From NCBI GenBank assembly GCA_025611195.1, contig GCA_025611195.1_4718.2: a stretch of 64,000 nt of DNA; one strand, given 5' to 3'. Position numbers and translations under genes: made by a program. The notes under the pieces are model-generated. The model searched no databases. It was given only the letters and a program-made list of their open reading frames with translations, and was not told where the DNA came from. Below are positions 48,212-57,548 of this stretch, piece after piece; the stretch's first letter is position 1, and the number at the start of each line of letters is the position of its first letter. The DNA is from a phage.

Positions 48212-48537
48212 CCGTAACGATGTGTGTTAGTCGTACGTCCGACATTGAACAGACATAACTGATTTAAGAAACAGAGCTGTATCTTTGTAAACAACACTGT
48301 GTCTTCACGTTTAACGTATCCGAGGATATAGGCATTCTCGAACGCCTCGCGTGACAAGACGGGGCGATTAAGGTACCGCAACGCTAATACCAGCAACGTT
48401 GTTATACGCAACGGATCTTCTGGGTCATTCATGGTGCTCAGCTCTGCTTGTAACCAGTCGGGGATAGTAACCGTCAGACGATAGGTATCTGTTCCACGAT
48501 CAACCACATTCAACGTTGAAAAAGGCAACATATCCAT
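48049..48537 (-). CDS. hypothetical protein
   Basis: ORF track; overlaps neighbours in different frames. Confidence 0.4.
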   Translation of the reverse strand: MDMLPFSTLNVVDRGTDTYRLTVTIPDWLQAELSTMNDPEDPLRITTLLVLALRYLNRPVLSREAFENAYILGYVKREDTVLFTKIQLCFLNQLCLFNVGRTTNTHRYGWEVVQIYPTVMVVSSFRRALWDDPEKTVASLIHTPNKRNTGWKNTPLSAVATL

Positions 48538-49075
48538 GAATTCCTTCTATCTCGAGGTTGTTCTCGCAGGTCTTGGGTAATAACCCACTGGCCGTTAACA
48601 TCTGTGTCATCGAGTAATCAAAGCACGGAAATATAAGGTTAACGGTTTCCTGGATCGCGTCAACATAACTATAAATGGCTTCATAATACTCACCATCATG
48701 ATCTACGCTAACCAGTTCCTGACACAGTTCTTCGCTTATCATTTCATATACCGGCGGATACCACGATTGAAATGGTCGCTGCATACGTAACGACCAGTAC
48801 TCGTACGTCGTATACTGAAGCACGTCATAAGCCGATACGTTAATGCGGTCGAAGAAAGCATACTTGTCCATATGCTGATACAACATCGCCAGTACGGTTT
48901 CCAAGCACACCGATATCCGCACGCCACCATCTTTCCCGTTAAGAAAATTAGGTTTCTGCCGATAACGCACAAATGCCGACGGCTTTGATTGTATTATTCC
49001 ACCACCAACCATAACGTCATACTCGTATCTAACGTAAAATTGAAATGCCACCAATCTTCTACACGTGGGATCCAC
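48500..49075 (-). CDS. hypothetical protein (start uncertain)
   Basis: ORF track. Confidence 0.4.
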   Translation of the reverse strand: MDPTCRRLVAFQFYVRYEYDVMVGGGIIQSKPSAFVRYRQKPNFLNGKDGGVRISVCLETVLAMLYQHMDKYAFFDRINVSAYDVLQYTTYEYWSLRMQRPFQSWYPPVYEMISEELCQELVSVDHDGEYYEAIYSYVDAIQETVNLIFPCFDYSMTQMLTASGLLPKTCENNLEIEGIHGYVAFFNVECG

Positions 49076-49479
49076 GTACGAAGAATCTGGTTAACTTCGC
49101 TTCGCATCACCGATAAACGACAACGAAAGTCGAACTTCTCATCATGACCGTAGTCTTCATGCATGAAAACTTCGTCCAAAACGAACTCAAGTTGCGTGTC
49201 TACATCACGACCGGAGATATTTCGTTTGTACAGATACAGTTCAATCGTGTCATAAAGCAACGTATGAATATCATAATTTCCGTTCGGCGAGAAATAAGGT
49301 AATCGCTCATCGAACATCGAAAACAGATATTCACTGTAGTTTAATAACGGGATGATGTACCGACGTCCGGTCTGTGGTGTGCGAATATGTATCGAAACCT
49401 GACTTGGACGCGGAATAGCCGACGGCTTAGAATCGTCTCTCTGAAATTGCTCTAAAGATCGCAACAAAGGTGGCCGCAT
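48994..49479 (-). CDS. hypothetical protein (start uncertain)
   Basis: ORF track. Confidence 0.4.
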   Translation of the reverse strand: MRPPLLRSLEQFQRDDSKPSAIPRPSQVSIHIRTPQTGRRYIIPLLNYSEYLFSMFDERLPYFSPNGNYDIHTLLYDTIELYLYKRNISGRDVDTQLEFVLDEVFMHEDYGHDEKFDFRCRLSVMRSEVNQILRTWIPRVEDWWHFNFTLDTSMTLWLVVE

Positions 49480-50056
49480 TGTAACTCTCCAACGCCCAAT
49501 TGTAAGGCCCTTCTAACATGTGTTCCCATACGTGAATAAACTCACTACCGAAGACAGGCTCCAGCGCCATGGTGAGATTCGTAAGTTCTGACGCGGCCGC
49601 ATGGTAAGCATCAACGTGTCTTTCCATTGACGGATCGTCTTCATTGAAAATACGTTCTGTGTCGCCAGCCCGTTCAATAAGTTCGGTAATGAGATCTGTC
49701 CATGTTTCGTGGCACGTCATCATTTCCTGTTCTCGACTTAGTATTCCGATGTCTGCGTGTACGCTGGACTCGAACCGGTCGAAAAGGACCCGAAGAACAT
49801 GCACCTTGTCGATGTATCTCACCGTTATCCAAGAAAGCGGTTGCCATCGACTCAGCGTCCATCCGGTACTCGGGAACCCCAAACTCATATAGTACGGGTT
49901 GCACGGGACCGAAGACGGAGCGACGCTGTTTAAATCGTTCCTTAATGGCAATGCCCTGTTTAATGTAAATGGGTTCATTGGCGAGTCGTTTCGCTTTTTG
50001 TTTTGCGTGAGCCAATCGAAGTTCTTCCAATTGCCCAAGCCATTCAAATTGTTCAT
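49427..50056 (-). CDS. hypothetical protein (start uncertain; 383-nt two-frame overlap with 49674..50651)
   Basis: ORF track; both frames are open across 49674-50056. Confidence 0.4.
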   Translation of the reverse strand: MNNLNGLGNWKNFDWLTQNKKRNDSPMNPFTLNRALPLRNDLNSVAPSSVPCNPYYMSLGFPSTGWTLSRWQPLSWITVRYIDKVHVLRVLFDRFESSVHADIGILSREQEMMTCHETWTDLITELIERAGDTERIFNEDDPSMERHVDAYHAAASELTNLTMALEPVFGSEFIHVWEHMLEGPYNWALESYNAATFVAIFRAISERRF

Positions 50057-50651
50057 CTGTTAGCTCCTGGGGACGTTCAACAATCGCGCCAGACGGGCAG
50101 ACATTGATCGTGATGTTAATTGATGGCATCGCCATCACTTGAGGGTTGCTATTACGTACGCGGACAACATGTTCGGTTGCTGATTTACGATCAACGCAAT
50201 ACTCTGTTTCTTGGAACTCAAATGCTTTTAACGGCGTTGGTTTTGTTTGACGTTTCTTAACACGACCAAGATCAACAATATAGGCATAATCACAAACACG
50301 TTCTATTCCGTAAATACGGTTATCCGACCAGTTCTTACCAAACAGCTTGTTGTGATGATAAGACAAATATTCGGTTACCATACCCTGAACAACATCGAAG
50401 TCTTCTCGAAAATCAGGTTGATACCAAATCGGACCGAGAATATCTGCGAACGATTCATGACGATATCGAGGATCATGTCGAGTCCAGGGCATTCTCTGAT
50501 TAAGATCGAAATCCACCAACAATTCCGTTAATTGCAGTTTTTCCTTCGGAGAAAGCTGGCGTTGATGATGCAAACTCAAGCAATCGATAAGTGGTAATGA
50601 AACCCACGATGCTAATGTGTACAAATCGATCCTGGCTAGTCTCTTGGTCAT
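49674..50651 (-). CDS. hypothetical protein (325 aa; C-terminal about 45 aa look non-coding-like)
   Basis: ORF track; Arg-rich low-complexity tail suggests read-through past a real stop or a frameshift. Confidence 0.45.
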   Translation of the reverse strand: MTKRLARIDLYTLASWVSLPLIDCLSLHHQRQLSPKEKLQLTELLVDFDLNQRMPWTRHDPRYRHESFADILGPIWYQPDFREDFDVVQGMVTEYLSYHHNKLFGKNWSDNRIYGIERVCDYAYIVDLGRVKKRQTKPTPLKAFEFQETEYCVDRKSATEHVVRVRNSNPQVMAMPSINITINVCPSGAIVERPQELTDEQFEWLGQLEELRLAHAKQKAKRLANEPIYIKQGIAIKERFKQRRSVFGPVQPVLYEFGVPEYRMDAESMATAFLDNGEIHRQGACSSGPFRPVRVQRTRRHRNTKSRTGNDDVPRNMDRSHYRTY

Positions 50652-50742
50652 ACTCTTTTCCTAAGTCCCCATTGTTTATACACACGATATCTGGGAATAG
50701 TTAAAATATACGGCGTAAAACGAAATAGGAGAGTTTCTGGCA

Positions 50743-51063
50743 TCATTTTCTCCCTCTTCGAATACCACCGATACCTCTTCGATCCAAGACGTCCCAAGCA
50801 CGCTTTATTTCCTCCTCCGTCGCTCTGGTATCTGGAGGAACAACCATAACACAATCGTGCAACGGCCAATGCGCGGGTCTGGGGTCAGCGAACAGATTAT
50901 CCCATTCAAGCGTCCATTCTTTCTTTGAACGATTATAGTAGAGCGTAAGATACGTGTTGGTATATGCTGGGTAACCACGCATAACTTCAATATTCTTACG
51001 ATCCTGGCGTTCCTGATTCCAGTCGTTAAATCGTTTTCTTATTTTATCCCACCACTCTCCCAT
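50743..51063 (-). CDS. hypothetical protein (106 aa)
   Basis: Start moved to ATG at 51063 (MGEWWDK) with AGGAGA RBS; the track ORF extends through the upstream terminator. Confidence 0.45.
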   Translation of the reverse strand: MGEWWDKIRKRFNDWNQERQDRKNIEVMRGYPAYTNTYLTLYYNRSKKEWTLEWDNLFADPRPAHWPLHDCVMVVPPDTRATEEEIKRAWDVLDRRGIGGIRRGRK

Positions 51064-51086
51064 GCTTTCTCCTACGCGGCATAAAA

Positions 51087-51106
51087 GCCTGCCCCGAAGG
51101 ACAGGC
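51087..51106 (-). terminator. rho-independent terminator (stem GCCTGTCC, UUCG loop, then UUUUAU on minus strand)
   Basis: Minus-strand GCCTGTCC-TTCG-GGGCAGGC-TTTTAT directly after the stop at 51117. Confidence 0.6.
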
Positions 51107-51116
51107 TCGATAGAAC

Positions 51117-51317
51117 TTAATAACCATCCAATTTCAATGAAGGATGGTTGACGATATGTGCGTGTTTTGCTGGGTCGTATGGCTGATATGGAAAATAGCC
51201 ATGCCACTGACGACCTTGGCATTTCGTACACAAGAACCGACCATCGCCACGCTGATTCTCGTAAGCGAGTTCAGTACTATCAACATGACCGCAACGTTCG
51301 CAGATAAACAGCGACAT
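51117..51317 (-). CDS. small zinc-ribbon protein (66 aa)
   Basis: CERCGH ... CTKCQG double CxxC. Confidence 0.45.
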   Translation of the reverse strand: MSLFICERCGHVDSTELAYENQRGDGRFLCTKCQGRQWHGYFPYQPYDPAKHAHIVNHPSLKLDGY

Positions 51318-51354
51318 AGCGCATCTCCATTCACTTGAACTTTTTGGTTCGGTG

Positions 51355-52335
51355 TTAGAAAAGCAAGAAACCGCTGTTCTTCGCTTCCGCTACAGTTTCG
51401 TCACCAACTTTCGGTGCCTGTTGACGCGCGTTACGATGTTCGATGTAACGTTTCGCTTCGTCAGCGATTTGTTTGATAATACCCCCTAAACGATCGGTAC
51501 TTAAAACAAACGACGTCGCTTCACGAATCGGGCTGCTTTCAGGCACAAAACCATCACAGCTGTAAATAGCGTTAACACCCATGACTTTAGTCGCGTCTTT
51601 CGGATAAAGCGTACAGAAAGCAATAGGACTATCGTTCTCTTTCGTCCAATCGTATCCCATGAACGTATTCAGTTCGGTGATCGTTGGTTCCAAACCGGTA
51701 ACACGCGGATGGTTTAAGAAGTTTTCCAGGTCGGCGCTGTCAAGACGACGGTTCTCGCCAGAAAACAGAACACAAAGCTGGCTAATAACAACCTGCACGT
51801 CCAGGTTGACATCCTGCTCCGATTTCCCATTTTCGCCATTCATGTGATAGCTAACAATCACCGGACGTTTCAATCCTTCTGCAGCTGCCATCAGTCCTTT
51901 AAAGGTACGATCGGCGTTGATCGTTTGACGCTCATCATCGAACGAGGCAACGATGCAACACACCACACGTTCACCGCGTTCCAGCAGGTTAGCAACCAGC
52001 GCAGGACCTGCAACAGAACCTGAACCACCGCTCAGACTAAAGACCACGATATTAAATTTACCTGGTGTATGCTTATTCAGAATACCTGGGATTTGTGAAC
52101 AGATCAGTTCAGCGTTCTCATCACGCTTCTTACCAGAACCGTCTAACTCACGACCCGCCGCATCTTTAAAGATGTAGATATGATCGTCGTCCAGTGCGCT
52201 ATCGCGTAGGTTAGCCCGGCTGGTATCAACATACGTCATGCTGTGTAATCCTTTCGCGACTTCGCCTTCAAACGCTGAGCCGATTTCGCCACCACAACCA
52301 CCAACAGCCCAAATATGTACTTGGTTCTCTTGCAT
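51355..52335 (-). CDS. phuZ: PhuZ-like phage tubulin/FtsZ-family GTPase
   Basis: N-terminal WAVGGCGGEIGSAF (tubulin T1-like GQCGNQIG) and FSLSGGSGSVAGP (T4 GGGTGSG-like) motifs; 326 aa; ATG at 52335 with AGGAG RBS. Confidence 0.75.
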   Translation of the reverse strand: MQENQVHIWAVGGCGGEIGSAFEGEVAKGLHSMTYVDTSRANLRDSALDDDHIYIFKDAAGRELDGSGKKRDENAELICSQIPGILNKHTPGKFNIVVFSLSGGSGSVAGPALVANLLERGERVVCCIVASFDDERQTINADRTFKGLMAAAEGLKRPVIVSYHMNGENGKSEQDVNLDVQVVISQLCVLFSGENRRLDSADLENFLNHPRVTGLEPTITELNTFMGYDWTKENDSPIAFCTLYPKDATKVMGVNAIYSCDGFVPESSPIREATSFVLSTDRLGGIIKQIADEAKRYIEHRNARQQAPKVGDETVAEAKNSGFLLF

Positions 52336-52399
52336 GTGAACTCCTAATTTAATATGTATTTAACGTACAATGAATCTTTCTTTGCTAAAGGGGTGACCC

Positions 52400-53242
52400 A
52401 TGGGTGCTATTGACCACAGTGTAGATCGTATCTGTCGTACAATACCGGCAGATATCCTACAGTATTGCTATATCGATCGTTACGACTGGCGTAATCGCTA
52501 TCCTCGTTCCGTAGAAGACATCATTACCGATTGGGTAATCCGTAAACGGGTTATCGGCGACATCGATATCTACGGGGGACTACAAACCGTTATTCCCCTT
52601 GATGATGCAGGTGTCACTATCGAAGAAGTCACCATTAACTGTTATGTTTTCCACATTCCGTTGGAAGCCACGCAGGGGCGTTATATCACGTCCGCATTAT
52701 CCATTATTTCAGGGAGCGTGAACAACTACGGAATAAACTATAACGGGCAATGGGGTGCTTTCAACCAAACCCAGTTTCAACGTCAGCTTTGTGGATGGAA
52801 CCCCGCAAGCAACGCGTTACAGCAAGGGATGAACGCTTTCGGTCCTATGAACGTTCTTAGTACAGCTAACGTTGATATCATCGCCCCTAACACCATCATG
52901 GTGAACAACGTCACGCCTGTACAATTTCCCCTGAGTCTACGTTGTTTCCTTGCCCACGATCCGGAACTTACTAACCTCAGCATGGAGGTTTGGAACGACT
53001 TCTACAAACTCTGTTTATATGCCACGCAAAGTGACATCTACAACAGAACCGTTATCCGTCTCGATAGAGGTGTTACAGCACAAGGACAAGAAGTCGGTGC
53101 ATTCAAGGAATACATCGATCGCTTTGCTGATGCTGAAAACACATATCAGGAATTCCTGAACGAAACGTGGGCAGGCGTTGCTGCGTGGAACGATCCGCAA
53201 ACTAAACGTCGCGCCATTCGACTACAAACCGGCTACTTCTGA
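52400..53242 (+). CDS. hypothetical protein (280 aa)
   Basis: ATG at 52400 with AAAGGGG RBS; divergent from phuZ. Confidence 0.5.
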   Translation: MGAIDHSVDRICRTIPADILQYCYIDRYDWRNRYPRSVEDIITDWVIRKRVIGDIDIYGGLQTVIPLDDAGVTIEEVTINCYVFHIPLEATQGRYITSALSIISGSVNNYGINYNGQWGAFNQTQFQRQLCGWNPASNALQQGMNAFGPMNVLSTANVDIIAPNTIMVNNVTPVQFPLSLRCFLAHDPELTNLSMEVWNDFYKLCLYATQSDIYNRTVIRLDRGVTAQGQEVGAFKEYIDRFADAENTYQEFLNETWAGVAAWNDPQTKRRAIRLQTGYF

Positions 53243-53769
53243 TTAACGACAGCTTCCTCCCTCGGTGTTTTCGAGGGAGGTATTTGCCGTTTGAACACTT
53301 TCAACACGTTCGCAAAATCAGCGGCAATAATACAGGCCGAGGTTGATAGCTTATTGCTGAAAATGAGATCGTCCGGTAAACAATCGAACTGAATACCATA
53401 TTGCGTCTTTGTCTCATCAACGATCAGTGACGGTGTCGATCCTGTCTTCGCAATATCGGTGATGTACAAACGTAAAAATAATTCACCATCTTCGCTATCG
53501 ATAAAACGATAAGCGTTACCGGAAAACGCAGCATACGGCGTAACGATAAATTGAACACGATCGTCGGTCGGGTGGATTTGTAACCAACGTGCGATATCAC
53601 CGTTACTCACATTTTGCATACGTAACACCGTGAATGCGAACAGTGTATCGTGATGCTTGGAATAATGCAGCACATACGCCGCATCTTTCTTTCTGTGAAT
53701 CCCTTCAATGTATTCTATTGTCGTGTAGCCTGATTTATATAGCTTTACTTGCGGTTTATCACTCATCAT
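53233..53769 (-). CDS. hypothetical protein (178 aa)
   Basis: Start moved to ATG at 53769 (ATGA coupling with upstream gene); 3' end overlaps the plus-gene end and contains the hairpin 53256-53280. Confidence 0.45.
   Translation of the reverse strand: MMSDKPQVKLYKSGYTTIEYIEGIHRKKDAAYVLHYSKHHDTLFAFTVLRMQNVSNGDIARWLQIHPTDDRVQFIVTPYAAFSGNAYRFIDSEDGELFLRLYITDIAKTGSTPSLIVDETKTQYGIQFDCLPDDLIFSNKLSTSACIIAADFANVLKVFKRQIPPSKTPREEAVVNQK
53256..53280. terminator. CCTCCCTCG / CGAGGGAGG hairpin at the overlap of convergent genes
   Basis: 9-bp stem, 7-nt loop, 14 nt after the plus-strand stop 53242. Confidence 0.45.
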
Positions 53770-54065
53770 AACAACCCTTCCCGTTTCATCGCGGCACGCA
53801 TGCTTGCGTAAAGCGCATTCTTCATTGCCCCTGGACGCAACGGATAACAAATCTCATACCGACGTCCTTGTTTTACAGCAATTTTCCTTCCGTTCAAAAA
53901 CAGTGTACCATTATCCAGCAGCAACTCACCTTGTAGTACCATGAGTCCTGCTTTAACATGACATCCTTCTTCTTTAGTTAAGACCTTATAGCCGTGTTTA
54001 TCCAATAACCACAATTCGTAGATACCATGCGCAGCCTTCGGCATTACTTTCTTCTTCGTCGTCAT
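53766..54065 (-). CDS. hypothetical protein (99 aa)
   Basis: ORF track. Confidence 0.45.
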   Translation of the reverse strand: MTTKKKVMPKAAHGIYELWLLDKHGYKVLTKEEGCHVKAGLMVLQGELLLDNGTLFLNGRKIAVKQGRRYEICYPLRPGAMKNALYASMRAAMKREGLL

Positions 54066-54077
54066 GGAAGATCCTCC

Positions 54078-54452
54078 TTAAACTCCTTGTCGGATCATCA
54101 CCAACCGGAGCATGTTGTATTCCAATGTAGCGCTTTCTAATTCGAATTCATATCGATACCAGAAATTCGGCTCTAATTGACCTACAACACATTTACGAAC
54201 GTCTGTCTGCACCTTCCTCGACAATCCCTGTAATAGTTGCGTTATCTCCGGCTTGAAGTAATACGCCAAACCTAACTGGTCAGAGTAAAACAGGCCACAA
54301 TCAAAGATGGCCTGTAAAATAACATATTCAACCATCAGGTGACGCGCATCAGGTTCAGGGAATGGCGAACGTAACGCGAGGTCTAACACATCGACGATTG
54401 GGCCGACATAAATGGCGGCACGGTACTCACGAATAACGCTGATGTTATCCAT
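54078..54452 (-). CDS. hypothetical protein (124 aa)
   Basis: ORF track. Confidence 0.45.
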   Translation of the reverse strand: MDNISVIREYRAAIYVGPIVDVLDLALRSPFPEPDARHLMVEYVILQAIFDCGLFYSDQLGLAYYFKPEITQLLQGLSRKVQTDVRKCVVGQLEPNFWYRYEFELESATLEYNMLRLVMIRQGV

Positions 54453-54465
54453 GATAACCTATTCG

Positions 54466-55290
54466 TTAACTATCGCTTTCTGATGTATCAACGTAGTTGA
54501 AAATACGATCCCGTAAACACTCGTAACGAGGCAATGCGCTAAGAATGATCATCTTCAGCTGCATCGCGATCGATACACGTTCTTCATCCGACGCGTCGTC
54601 TCCCCATTTACCTGGCTTAACCTGAATAGGTTCATGCGGATCCTGCGGAAATATGAAACTTAACAGCAGATAATCCGTACGGAACTCCCACACTTCTCGA
54701 CCGTCGTTATCGGTTTCTTTACGCAGCGTGAAGAGTTGACGTTCGGTGGTTGGATCCAACATCAGCGGTCGACCACGAACAATCTCCAGTTTACGTGGGC
54801 TGACGAACGTCGTACGTTCAGGAAGGTATTTTTCAACATCATCTGTATCCAACAAGAACAAAATGATATCGTCGAAATACTTCGGTGCGTACGTGTGTAT
54901 CGGTTCGCCATCGCTATACGAAGAGATCTCTTGGAGTATTGGCGTCTTAGACGAAAAGTTCTGGCATGAACCACGGGTGATCGGTAATGTGTCCCACTGA
55001 TGTTCTGTAGACAATTCGACAGGCACCAACGGATAATCATCGATGAAAACCACGCACGTTGTGTTGACGGGTATTCTTCCGTCATTGCCGGGTTCAAAAA
55101 CCAAACGTATTTTACCGGTAATCAGCGCCATCTCATCCGGCATTAAATGGCCTGCTGACCGAGCGAGTCTGAAACCGCTCGCCTGTTTATAAGGTTCGGG
55201 TTTATAGCCACGGACAATAAGAGAGATATCCGCAAGTTCAACGCTCACGAATGCATCTTTGGTGTCTTCATTGTTCGTCGTTAACGTCAT
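54466..55290 (-). CDS. hypothetical protein (274 aa)
   Basis: ORF track; ATG at 55290. Confidence 0.5.
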   Translation of the reverse strand: MTLTTNNEDTKDAFVSVELADISLIVRGYKPEPYKQASGFRLARSAGHLMPDEMALITGKIRLVFEPGNDGRIPVNTTCVVFIDDYPLVPVELSTEHQWDTLPITRGSCQNFSSKTPILQEISSYSDGEPIHTYAPKYFDDIILFLLDTDDVEKYLPERTTFVSPRKLEIVRGRPLMLDPTTERQLFTLRKETDNDGREVWEFRTDYLLLSFIFPQDPHEPIQVKPGKWGDDASDEERVSIAMQLKMIILSALPRYECLRDRIFNYVDTSESDS

Positions 55291-56305
55291 TGTTCATTTT
55301 CTCCGTTACAACAAATCGTTCAAGTTCACGTAATAAACGCTCTTTTAAAGCAGGATCAACTTCCGGAGCATGTTTATCGCGATACCATTCTGTCCCGTTG
55401 TATTGCAGGCTAACATGCCATGTTCCTAACGGGCTTTCCTCCGCAGCGGCGATGAAATTCTTAACGCCGGTTTTGGTAGGATACTCCATGATAGGAACAG
55501 CCTGCTTCGGATCCATTACGGTAAGATCCTGGAAGTTATAGTCCAGGAGCGTTAACGCGCGTTTGTCGCGTAGCAGTAATCCGCAATCCAAGATAGTGAA
55601 ATCGATACCCCAAAATTGTAGCTTACCGCCTGTACTGATAGGAATATGACCACGATAAACCGCGAGATAGATCTCCCCCTTATCGGTTTCTTTATTGTAC
55701 CCGGCAATGAATGCTGCGGTAATTAACGGCTGATCGCCTTTCGCAAAGAAAACAGGATGTGTACGATAAAGCCAATCATTACGGATTAAATCCGATACCT
55801 GGCCTAAACGTGCCGTGGGCACCATTGTCGATCCTAAGTCACTATTACTAACTTCGAATTGGTAATATTCAAACAGAACACCGTCGACTTCTTCTTTAGC
55901 GTATGGCTCACGAGCCGGATTAGCGAGTAAGTAACGTAACTTGCTATCGATTTCGGCTACGCGTTCCTCATGGGTATCCATACGACTAGCGACGACGAAA
56001 GCAGCCAGATTACGTACGCTAAGGAACACGTCGTCTTTCTCTTGGTCACTTAGTCCTTCTTCATCCGCTAACGTTGTCCAATGCAGTGGTCCCTCCACCA
56101 TCTTTAACCATTTGTCTTCACGCTCTGGGTAAACAAAGGGCTTGTGTACAGGAACGCTGGTATGCTGTACACGCAATAGTAACGAACAAGGGGATTGCGT
56201 TATCAACTCCCGCGGTACTATACCACTCGTGACAGCGATGACGTGACGATTAAGAACAAGAGAAGCTGAATAAGTGATATTATCTAATCCTGGTAATTGA
56301 TCCAT
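55268..56305 (-). CDS. hypothetical protein (345 aa)
   Basis: ATG at 56305 with AAGGA RBS; preceded by a 305-bp AT-rich intergenic region. Confidence 0.5.
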   Translation of the reverse strand: MDQLPGLDNITYSASLVLNRHVIAVTSGIVPRELITQSPCSLLLRVQHTSVPVHKPFVYPEREDKWLKMVEGPLHWTTLADEEGLSDQEKDDVFLSVRNLAAFVVASRMDTHEERVAEIDSKLRYLLANPAREPYAKEEVDGVLFEYYQFEVSNSDLGSTMVPTARLGQVSDLIRNDWLYRTHPVFFAKGDQPLITAAFIAGYNKETDKGEIYLAVYRGHIPISTGGKLQFWGIDFTILDCGLLLRDKRALTLLDYNFQDLTVMDPKQAVPIMEYPTKTGVKNFIAAAEESPLGTWHVSLQYNGTEWYRDKHAPEVDPALKERLLRELERFVVTEKMNNDVNDEQ

Positions 56306-56560
56306 GATAGAAATCCTTAGTATGTTTGATATGTTGTTTAATTGACATATTAAGTTTAAAAGAGGTTATGTTTTACGTATTGTTAATAACGTATTCTTAT
56401 CTCTATTAAGCTATGTTCTATCTAAAGATAGTAAACAGATATAATGCTCCCCACCTCCCCATTCTCCCAAGTAATACTGGCCTACCGGCCCTCTCCTTTT
56501 TAAGGGAGAGAGTAAGCATTCAGTATTGCTCAAATGAATAAGCAAAACAGTATAAACTTA

Positions 56561-56584
56561 CCGTCTCGAGACAACTCGAGACGG
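56561..56584. terminator. perfect 10-bp palindrome hairpin CCGTCTCGAG-ACAA-CTCGAGACGG with T-rich flanks on both strands
   Basis: Located 27 nt after the minus-strand stop at 56611. Confidence 0.6.
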
Positions 56585-56610
56585 CGTAGTGTCTGTTTAT
56601 CTCTTTTATG

Positions 56611-56949
56611 CTAACAACCTATTTCTGCATAAACCTTTAACGATTCGAATACATCTCCCTTCTTTATCATCGTCTTGTACAAACGTGATTGAGCAATGAT
56701 CTTTATCCATTGTTGCGGATCGTGTAAATTCACATTTTCAAAACGGGGTGGGGTATTATCTCCGTCGAGTCGGATATACCCTAAGAGCAATCCTTCATGG
56801 TGTCCTCGACGGATTTCGATATGTGGTTTGAGGGAGGTATGATTGTCTGGTGGATACCAGCTTACGGTGTAATAATGGTTTCCTGAAACAACGATTTCGT
56901 GAACGGTTTTTGTTTCATCGTCAATGATCGCGTTTACGCTGGGGATCAT
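56611..56949 (-). CDS. hypothetical protein (about 112 aa)
   Basis: Start moved to ATG at 56949 (MIPSVNA), overlapping the upstream stop (TAATG); the track ORF extends 100 nt into the upstream gene. Confidence 0.4.
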   Translation of the reverse strand: MIPSVNAIIDDETKTVHEIVVSGNHYYTVSWYPPDNHTSLKPHIEIRRGHHEGLLLGYIRLDGDNTPPRFENVNLHDPQQWIKIIAQSRLYKTMIKKGDVFESLKVYAEIGC

Positions 56950-57548
56950 TAATTTTTGAAGCATGGGACATAAACCTCCATCAACATCGCATAAAGCGCA
57001 CCAAGCCCATGCAGGACTCGGTCGGGTGCAAAGGTTGGTGTGTAACATACTTGTTCGGTTGGTGCTTGTTGACGTAAGTCTAACGGATCTCCGTTGATAA
57101 GCATCTGCAGGAGATCAACATCATCTTGCAATGTATCCTCATCGATGTATGCATCAACAAAAAGCAATCGGTGTAACTGTTCCGGTTTAATCGAAATACC
57201 TACAACCATGCAGTTGTTGTAGGTGGCGTTGTCCAGAAAGAAGTGAATGACGCCCGCTTGTGGATCGCCGTTGTAATGCAGCCATCGCGTAAAGCCAGCC
57301 GACATCATCCACAGTGGATTGTGTTGTAGCGCACTGACGACACGGGTCTCGAATTCCAAACCAAACTTCTGGAAGATTGCGCCCATCTGGAAACGATCTT
57401 CATCGAGACGGTAACGGAATATACAAGCATCCGATCCCGTTGAGTTGTCGTACACCGAAAGATACCCGCGATGGATTTCCACGGTAACATTGTTGTCGTC
57501 AAGCGTGGCGCTCGCAACGCCGTTAGAAAAGGTTGGAACAAAGCTCAT
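56949..57548 (-). CDS. hypothetical protein (199 aa)
   Basis: ORF track. Confidence 0.45.
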   Translation of the reverse strand: MSFVPTFSNGVASATLDDNNVTVEIHRGYLSVYDNSTGSDACIFRYRLDEDRFQMGAIFQKFGLEFETRVVSALQHNPLWMMSAGFTRWLHYNGDPQAGVIHFFLDNATYNNCMVVGISIKPEQLHRLLFVDAYIDEDTLQDDVDLLQMLINGDPLDLRQQAPTEQVCYTPTFAPDRVLHGLGALYAMLMEVYVPCFKN

